DNA of 64,000 nt from the human T2T-CHM13v2.0 reference genome, Homo sapiens. Below are positions 55,460-64,000 of the stretch, piece after piece. Position 1 is the first letter of the stretch; every line of letters starts with the position of its first letter. The position numbers were made by a program, and so were the translations under genes. The notes under the pieces were generated by a model that made no database searches, was not told where the DNA came from, and saw only the letters and a program-made list of their open reading frames with translations. The stretch is taken from the NCBI RefSeq assembly GCF_009914755.1, contig NC_060931.1. One strand, 5' to 3'.

Positions 55460-57112
55460 ATTAGATTTTATCATCCTGCTTATTTTTGTAGCATAAGTTA
55501 TGATGTCCGCTCTTTCATTTCTGGTTTTATTTATTTGAGTTTTCTCGTGGTTTTTTTTTTTTTTTGTTTTTGTTAGTCTAGCTAAGTGTTTGTCAATTTT
55601 ACCTTAAAAAATCAACTGTGTTTTAATTTTTTTTTCTATTTTTTAATTCTCTGTTTGTGAATTATTGGTATCTGATTTTGGAGCACTGGATGTATATGAT
55701 GTCAACACTAACCAAAATGCAGTAAGACAAGAAATTAAAAAAATAAGTTTTTGTGATAGGGGATAAGATGATGAGTATGATTATTGCATATAATGAGTGT
55801 GGGATTCCCAGAGAACATCAAGGACAAGATCTTTTATTAAGTATAGTTGGAAGTTCAAGAGACATGTCTGGTGCACAAATATTGGTGTTTTTATCTTGAA
55901 GTTTTTCAATCTGCGGAGGTAATTATTGAGGACATTTTAATCAATTTTATTCACAGGATTCTTTGAAACAATTTCATCCTATCCTTAGGAATGTTCAGCC
56001 TATCTGTACAATGGGAGAAACATGTTAATGCACTTAGCATGATGATTTTTATCAGGAGGTTCTTAGTATGATTTTACAAAGCACATATTAAACCTCACAA
56101 TCTTATAGACCTATTCCAAATGTCTTGGGTGTTGTGGGTCTTAAAGATCCACTTTGAGACTACACCTTGTTTATGTAAAGGAAAAAATGTTCCTTATATC
56201 ATTTTATAGCTTTCCTTCACTTTTCTTTCTTTCTTTTACTCTTTAAGTATTAAAAATTCCCTGGGAACACATTTTTTTAAATTTAATTTAAAGGATCCAG
56301 TTGAGTTTGTCGCTAAAGAGCAAATGGAGAATAAAAGAATTTTATCTTTTCTGCTCCTATTTTCTTATAGGCTTCTGTGCAAGCCTGACATCTGTAACAC
56401 TAGGCAAGTGTTTCAACAGAGTAAAAGTCTTGATCAACATAAGCCCCTGCCCTCTCCACAAACATATTTTCTTACATATGGGCTTATAACTTTAATCAGT
56501 GTTTTTTTTTTTTCTTCTCTGAACATCACTTGGCTGCCCAGGAATTTGATTAGCAAAATTCTAATAGCAAAACAATTAAACAATGGCAATTTCATTCAAA
56601 TCTTAATCTCTGCTTGCCATGATGGGATATGGATTATATTTCTCTATTTAAGTGATTTTAAAACCACAGCCACTTTTTTGACCAATTATTCAGAAATATC
56701 GAGACCCAAATTCCTTCTGTGGTCTCTGCTACCTCTGCCTTCCACTTCATCAGACCATTGGCAGTAGGGTTTATAATCCCATTTGGCATGAGTGTACCAC
56801 ATTGGTGCCAAGAGCAGCCCATTCCTCAAGTCCTTTCACTGTTTTCCAACTTTGCCTAGATTCTTTTTACCTTGCCTTCATAGTAGCATAGGTAGTTTTT
56901 TCTTTTGCTGATAACTAACTGCCTGTGCCCCTCATTTGCATCCTGGTAAGATTGGGTTTGCCCATTTTGTGATGTTGATTCAGTAACCTGCCCCTTACAG
57001 ACTATGAAACAGGACTTAATCTTGTTTTTTGGAAAAAAATAACGCTCTCCTAGGATTTCCCCTGTAGTGTTGGGTATTATCTGTACTAGTTGTTAATACT
57101 GTATGATATTTT

Positions 57113-57277
57113 GTAGTATCACAAATTGTGATCTGCAAACCGGTAGCATTGGCATCACTCAGGAGATTTTTAGAAACACAGAATCTCAGACCCCACTGAA
57201 AAACCAGTGAATCAGAATCTATATTTTAATAAGATGATTAGATTATTCATATGCACATAAAATTTGAGAAGCACTGC
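57113..57277. mobile_element. MER5-type hAT transposon
   Basis: GCATTGGCATCACTCAGGAG...TGAATCAGAATCTATATTTTAATAAGAT...ATGCACATAAAATTTGAGAAGCACTG. Confidence 0.8.
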
Positions 57278-57789
57278 CATGGTATGTGAGCACAGCTTTG
57301 CTAGTAGCTTTTATTACTTTTCTGCTTTTTTATCCTCTCTTGATGCTCTAAGAAAGTTATTCCTTCTCTTACCCATCTTTCAGTAAATTGAATATGTCGG
57401 GCAAGGTCTGTGGTTTCGCAGTCAGAGCTTGAATGATTCTATTCAAACTAAGAGGCTTGATCTGTATTTCCAAACACTTTGCTGTCTTCTTCGCTGGTCT
57501 ATTATATGGTCTTTAGCCTTGAATTATGAGCAAACATCTCTTTTCCATCAATCTGCAATGTGGTCAGGAGGCTTAACAATACAGCCCTCTGCTTCTGAAC
57601 TTTCCCAAATCCTTTCTGTAGCACTTGATCATCATCATCAAACATTATTTACCTTAAGATTATGAAAGGTCTAAATATTAGTTATGGAAGGATTCCTCAA
57701 TATTGGCTGTTTGCTGCTTGTTGAATTTATCACTCATAAATTTGAGTGTAATATGTACATATTATGTAATTTTTAATATGTAAGTAGTC

Positions 57790-58340
57790 TTGGCCTAACT
57801 GTCTCCTGGAGCCTCAGGTGAAATACTCCTCCTCCAGCAATCACTGTGGATAACCGACTCCTTACTAGCCGAAGTGGTTTCACCCATCTGAGATCAATGG
57901 CATCTTGAGTCTGTGATATCTCTCATTACTTCTGGATTCTAATAAAATATCACACAGCAAGCCATGGATTTGCCTTTCAAGTAGCTGCCAAAAAGCCCAG
58001 ATGATTCAACCTAAAACTGTGATGAAGTTAAATCCAGCTGAAGAAAACTTTGACCAATGAAAGACAGAAGAATAAAGTAGATAGATAAATCACCTTTCAC
58101 TTTCTCCAGTGGATGGAACTTTCCTAGGCACAATTCCACCATTCCTCCTTTCTATAGATTGCTCATGTGGCTAGGCAGGTATATCCGATGAGGTCTTATG
58201 AAGCAGAAGCCAGTGCATTCACATGTTATATTTTTTCACTTCCTGTCCTTCTCTGCTTTGCTTTTTTGGGATTTCATCTTTAAATAAATGACTGTCCGTT
58301 AATCGTTGCCTCAGGCTCTGTTTTCTAGGAAACCAGGATA
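57790..58340 (+). mobile_element. LTR16-group ERVL LTR
   Basis: 3' end AATAAATGACTG...CCTCAGGCTCTGTTTTCTAGGAAACC is typical of LTR16/33 and is followed directly by internal-like sequence. 5' boundary uncertain. Confidence 0.6.
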
Positions 58341-58925
58341 GTTCTAGGAAGCAAACCCTTAGGAAGAGAATTGGAGATGGACTGCTCATTTCTATAAAAT
58401 AAATAAGAACCCTTGTATGGAGATAGTGGTGTGATACTAACTTCGGGTATCAAAATTACCTCAAGCTATCACTATAGTTAATAAGGAATAAGTGAAGTTG
58501 GAGGGAAGAAATGTAGAAATCAAGTACCTGCAGCATTTGATCATTATAGGAACAATGATAATTTCAAGGATAATAAAGTGAAGTAACTCCTTTTAATGGC
58601 ACAGGAAATTTTAAAAGGAAAATGATAGGTTTAGGCAGCTAATTACAAACTTAAAATTCATGTTCTACAGCCAGAGGACCTGTATGGCAGCTGTAAAGGA
58701 GATTTTTATTTCCTGCAGCCACAGGGCATTCTTGCTGAACACCAGGCTTAGGATTTGGTTATATACTTAAAAGGAGAATAAATCCTCAGCCTAAACAGAT
58801 CTTCCACCAAAGACAGAATCCTAATGGAGAAGAGGTGGAATTCTGAGACTTGGGATAGTGACATTTCAGTGGATGAGCTAAAAAATCTTGGACCCTTCCC
58901 AAATTTCCTAGAATCTCCTGGCTGG

Positions 58926-58928
<3 letters not shown>

Positions 58929-58967
<39 letters not shown>
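58929..58967. repeat. (CAA)13 trinucleotide microsatellite
   Basis: 13 CAA units, matching 13 Q in the ORF track. Confidence 0.97.
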
Positions 58968-58969
<2 letters not shown>

Positions 58970-59130
58970 CAAAACAAAACAACCCAGAAAACAAAACCTC
59001 CCCATTGCCAGAGGAGAATTCTGGAATGACTTTTCTGAAGCAGATGACTTTAAAGACAATGTCTGTTTTCCACAAGACTTATTGTCACCACCATTCATTG
59101 CTCCTAGATATGTAACAGAAATCAAGTCTT

Positions 59131-59437
59131 GGCCGGGCGTGGTGGCTCACGCCTGTAATCCCAGCACTTTGGGAGGCCAAGGCGGGCAGATCACGAGGTC
59201 AGGAGATCGAGACCATCCTGGCTAACATGGTGAAACCCTGTGTCTACTAAAAATACAAAAATTAGCCAGGTGTGGTGGCGGGCACCTGTAGTCCCAGCTA
59301 CTTGGGAGACTCAGGCAGGAGAATGGCGTGAACCTGGGAGGCAGAGCTTGCAGTGAGCCAAGATTGCGCCACTGCACTCCAGCCTGGGCAACAGAGCAAG
59401 ACTCCGTCTCAAAAAAAAAAAAAAAAAAAAAAAGAAA
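59131..59437 (+). mobile_element. AluY
   Basis: AluY motifs and long A tail; perfect 14-bp TSD AGAAATCAAGTCTT at 59117-59130 and 59438-59451. Confidence 0.95.
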
Positions 59438-59934
59438 AGAAATCAAGTCTTAAAACAGCTTGAGCAGAGAGGTATAAGAACGACCTTTGCCAGTAAGAAA
59501 TAGCTTTTACTCCAAAAAACTCGAAGCACAGAAAGGATCCAGAAGAACATGTGAAAATGAATTTGAATGGAGTTATCTTGGGGAAAGGCTGAATATAAAG
59601 CTCAATGGGGAAGAATTTATTGTCATAAGGATGTAGGAGTTTCAATATTTTGGCGAGACCACATGGAGGTAGAAAATCTGAGCTAACATAATGTGCTAAC
59701 AGTGTTTGAAGATTGTGTGATAATGGCACATCCTGAGAACTATTTCAGCTTTTGATAGTAGTTGATGTAGTTTGGATGAGTGTCCCTGAGCAAATCTCAT
59801 GTTGAAATGTAATCCTCAGTGTTGGAGGTGGGGCCTGGTGAGAGGGGATTGGATCATGGGGGTGGATTTCTCATGAATGGTTTACCACCATCCCTTGTGG
59901 TACTGTCCTCATAACTGTGAGTGAGATCTGGTCA

Positions 59935-60736
<802 letters not shown>

Positions 60737-61809
60737 TTACCCAGACTCAGGTACTTCTTTATAGCAATGTGAGACTGGCCTAATATAGTAATGTCATCAG
60801 TAAGAGGATGAATAATTTCTAGTTTTGAGAGTTAATCTATGTAAGTTGCTCTAGACAAAAATCTAGTCTAAAAGAGCTATCTAATACATTGATCTTGATA
60901 TGCCACTTAAGAAATACGATTTTAAAATATTTCTTTTTGCAGAATACTTTTCACATTCTCAATAACTTTCAATGAAACTTCATTTGAATGGCTGTGAAAA
61001 CATCACAGAGAATCACATAAGTAGTGCTTTAGTGATTAAGGTGTCTACAATCACTTCCTGATCACAATACCAATAAGTTGCTTTCTCAGCACCAGTAAGA
61101 TTGGGCAAGTCAAGTTCCATTTTCATGCTGCATCCTTACAGGGTAATCTCAAATAACACACAAGAAAATGAGCAGATAGTACTGGCTGTAATCTAATATT
61201 ACTAAAATTGTCTTTGGAAAAAATGGGTTGTGCCATAGAACAAAAGTTGTAATATCCCATGTGTACTTGCCTAATTTTCCTTCAATATTCCTTTTTAGTT
61301 GGGGTACCCAATAGGGTGATAAATTATAACACTAAAGAACTCATCTATCAAAATTAGCATGAAGTCCAGTGTTAACCTCTGCTCACACCACCCCTGTCTT
61401 CCAGCCAACAAACCTCTCAAGGTAGTGGTTAATTGATTTTGTATTTGCTTTTGCTTAGTAGCTTGAGATGAACTGAGACATTTTCTTCAAATTCTGGATG
61501 ATTCCATGACTGCTACTGTCATTGGGTTCAGAAGTCATTTTTACTATTATCATTCCCCAAATCTGGAAAGTCCAACCATTAACGTTATTTAACATGTATG
61601 ATTCTGTTATTCTAGTCTATCTAGAGAAATTCAAAACTTCTTCTCTTGAAAGGGGAATTGGGATTTTTTTATCTCATTTATTATATCAAGTTCTTAGATT
61701 TCTTAAGCAAATTTAGTTTTTCTCCTCCAGCTTTCGTTAAACTCCGTATATCAATAGATACCCTTGTATAAAATAACAAAATATCTACCTGATTAGCTCT
61801 ACAATCTTT

Positions 61810-62045
61810 ACTGTATTTACTTGCCTACTATGTGACAGTTAATGTGCTAGGACTTTTTTTACATATAGCCTCATACCTGTTCTTCACCATATCCATTGCT
61901 TTTCTCAGTTTTACAGAAAGGAAACTGAGGTTCAGGGTGGTTAAAATGAACTTGTCAATATCACAAAGCTAGCAAGCGGCAAGGCTGAATCTGAAATATA
62001 GGCCTTCCTGGCTTAACAGTCTGATCAATTTCTATCACACCACCC
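61810..62045 (-). mobile_element. MIR
   Basis: TTTTACAGAAAGGAAACTGAGGTTCAGGGTGGTTAA...TCACAAAGCTAGCAAG, the MIR core. Confidence 0.85.
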
Positions 62046-63149
62046 TCCACTTGTTGAAAAGATCAGCTTCATGATTCCAATTGGGGTTGTGTGATGGAGG
62101 GAGTGCCATCCTGCACATGGATCACTTAATCGATTCACCTGATAAAATGTACGCTAACATGCTAAACTTGGTGGTGCCCAGCTAGTTAGAAATTTCATTC
62201 TATCTAGAACAGCAATGGATAGAAGGGTACAATTAAGAGAAATACTCCAGTCCAAATAAGAGAAATACTCTTTGTTTTTAGTTATGCTTTAGCATGTAGG
62301 GAAAATATTCCTTATCTAGACTTGTTTTATGAAATCAAGACCACATTTGAGACTTTCTTGGTAGTCAAAGTGTTAGCAACCATCAATCAGAAATGAAAAA
62401 AATGAATTCTACACCCAAGTTTGGGAGAACAAATTCAGTGTTTAGTATTTCTGGTCCCAAGAGAGTTTGGCTGAGAAAAAGTTAGATCTATTGAACAATC
62501 TCAATTTATGTGTCCTAGGTTTTAATTCAAATGAGAATATGTCAGATCAGGACAGGAGAAGAATGACTCAGAATTATGTAGGAGATCGGTAAAATGGCCT
62601 TTGATTTTTCTGACGCCTCTTGTGGGAACAGCTCTGATTTTAATATGCCGGGTGGAATGATATTAAACATTACCAGACCAACTTTATACTAGCTACACTG
62701 TACCATGCCTGGGGAGAGAACAGAGAACTCATTAAATAAATGAAGATGCAAGTTCACATCCAGACATTATCTATCATTACTTTTAGACCTAACAGATTCA
62801 TTATCTTCAGTACTGCTTGGAGTATTATTTTTCTAGATAGTTTGCTACACTATCAGGAAAATCTGGTAGAGGAAAACTGATACAACTTAATGAAATAGCC
62901 AGCAAAGGGGATATCTGTAGTTTGCCAAGTGTCTATAAATTTATGTTGTCTTTTCTTTTTTCTCCAAATGAAACATTGCCTGTCAATCAATTAAAGGTAT
63001 TTACTGAGCTCTTATTCTATGGCCACATTACTGTAGGTGAAAAATGCAGATTCAAAGAAAATGGTAGGACCGGTACCTGAATTCAGAATTTATTTTAATT
63101 TTTAAGTTTTATAAAAGAAATATATCGTAAAGCTCAAGTATGTTCTAAG

Positions 63150-63627
63150 GCCAAGATTTTCAAATACTTATTAAAATTATTGAGGAATCCAAATAACTTT
63201 TTCTTATGTACTTAATATCTGTCAGTGTTTACCATGTTAGAAATTAAAATTGAGACGTTCAAAAATATTTATTCATCGGTTTCAAACAGCAAAAACAAAT
63301 CTATTATATATTAACATAAATAGTAGGTTTTGTGAAAAATGTTTCTACAACAAAAAAAATGAGAAAATTGGCCTTGTTCTACATTTTTGCAAAGCTCATT
63401 AATGTCTGGTTTAGAAAAGACAGCTGGAGTCTTATATCTGCTTCAGCACTTAATCTCTTGCAATATCATGTCATGTAGCCTCTGGAATATTTTACTGTAC
63501 TCTCATGAGAAAATCAGTATAAAATGGAAAATAATATCTTAGTATTAGTATGAAATAGTTTTGACCTAATAGATCCCAAAAAGGGTTTCAGGGACCTCCT
63601 GCATAGATCACATTTTAAAAAACCCTG
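63150..63627 (-). mobile_element. Charlie4a-like hAT DNA transposon
   Basis: ACATTTTTGCAAA...AATGTCTGG...GACAGCTGGA...ATATCTGCTTC...GTAGCCTCTGGAA...AATAGTTTTGACCT...TCAGGGACC. Confidence 0.75.
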
Positions 63628-64000
63628 TTTTAGGATAATATGATGAGTAGAAGTGATAACTCAGTATTACCCTTTCAATATAAAATTGAAAAATGCAGGC
63701 ATTCGGATGAGATAGTATTTATTGAGATCTGCTTTTTAAAAGCTGATGTTAAAATATTGATCCAGAGTTAGCAAAATGAATACAAGTTGAAGGAGATTTA
63801 AGTAAATTTCACATTGCTGTATACAAGAAGATTCATGTAAACACATGTATGCTTTTTTGTCTATTTTGTTAAATTTTAAACTCTATCAGCAAAAGACAAT
63901 TATTTGCATTCTAATTTTTATGTTTTCCTGCACAATACTGTTTCAACTTTAGAAGGTAGCTACTAGCCATTCTTATTATATGGTTTATTTATTTACTCTA

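Larger units (their letters stand above)
58341..59750 (+). mobile_element. ERVL internal (ERV3-16A3_I-like) gag remnant
   Basis: Leader CTAGGAAGCAAACCCTTAGGA; peptide [16 protein letters not shown] resembles the ERVL gag motif KEWDPxTWxGDxW. Confidence 0.65.

Noticed and set aside
56324-56767. 147-aa hydrophobic ORF in apparently unique sequence
   Set aside because: AT-rich low-information composition, runs through a poly-T tract, and shows no recognisable domain or exon context.

Overview
This is primate, very probably human, non-coding genomic DNA: AT-rich, CpG-poor, with no CpG island, and a large part of it made of interspersed repeats. I recognise no intact host protein-coding gene, RNA gene or CRISPR array. 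The ORFs I could assign come from Alu, L1, ERV or simple repeats; the rest look like chance short frames. Main contents: (1) 14 Alu copies, including a near-perfect AluYa5-like element (21555-21855, 17-bp TSD) that points to human origin; (2) a full-length but decayed L1PA7-like element (45971-52672, minus strand) nested in an L1MA, itself nested in an L2, and carrying an AluY; (3) several older L1M, L2, MIR and L3 fragments; (4) LTR remnants (MLT1, ERV1 solo LTR, MLT2, LTR16 plus ERVL internal, MSTA); (5) DNA transposons (MER5, MER6B, Charlie); (6) microsatellites (TCTA)11, (CAA)13 and a 300-bp polypyrimidine tract. I found no evidence of an undescribed biological system. The best leads are mutational scars (a tail-less Alu with a TSD, template-switch inversion and duplication junctions, a recent 35-bp duplication), a chimeric ERVL-gag/polyQ/Alu ORF, and a few candidate enhancers and exons in repeat-free blocks. 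Repeat family names come from recalled consensus motifs, not a database search, and boundaries of old repeats are approximate.
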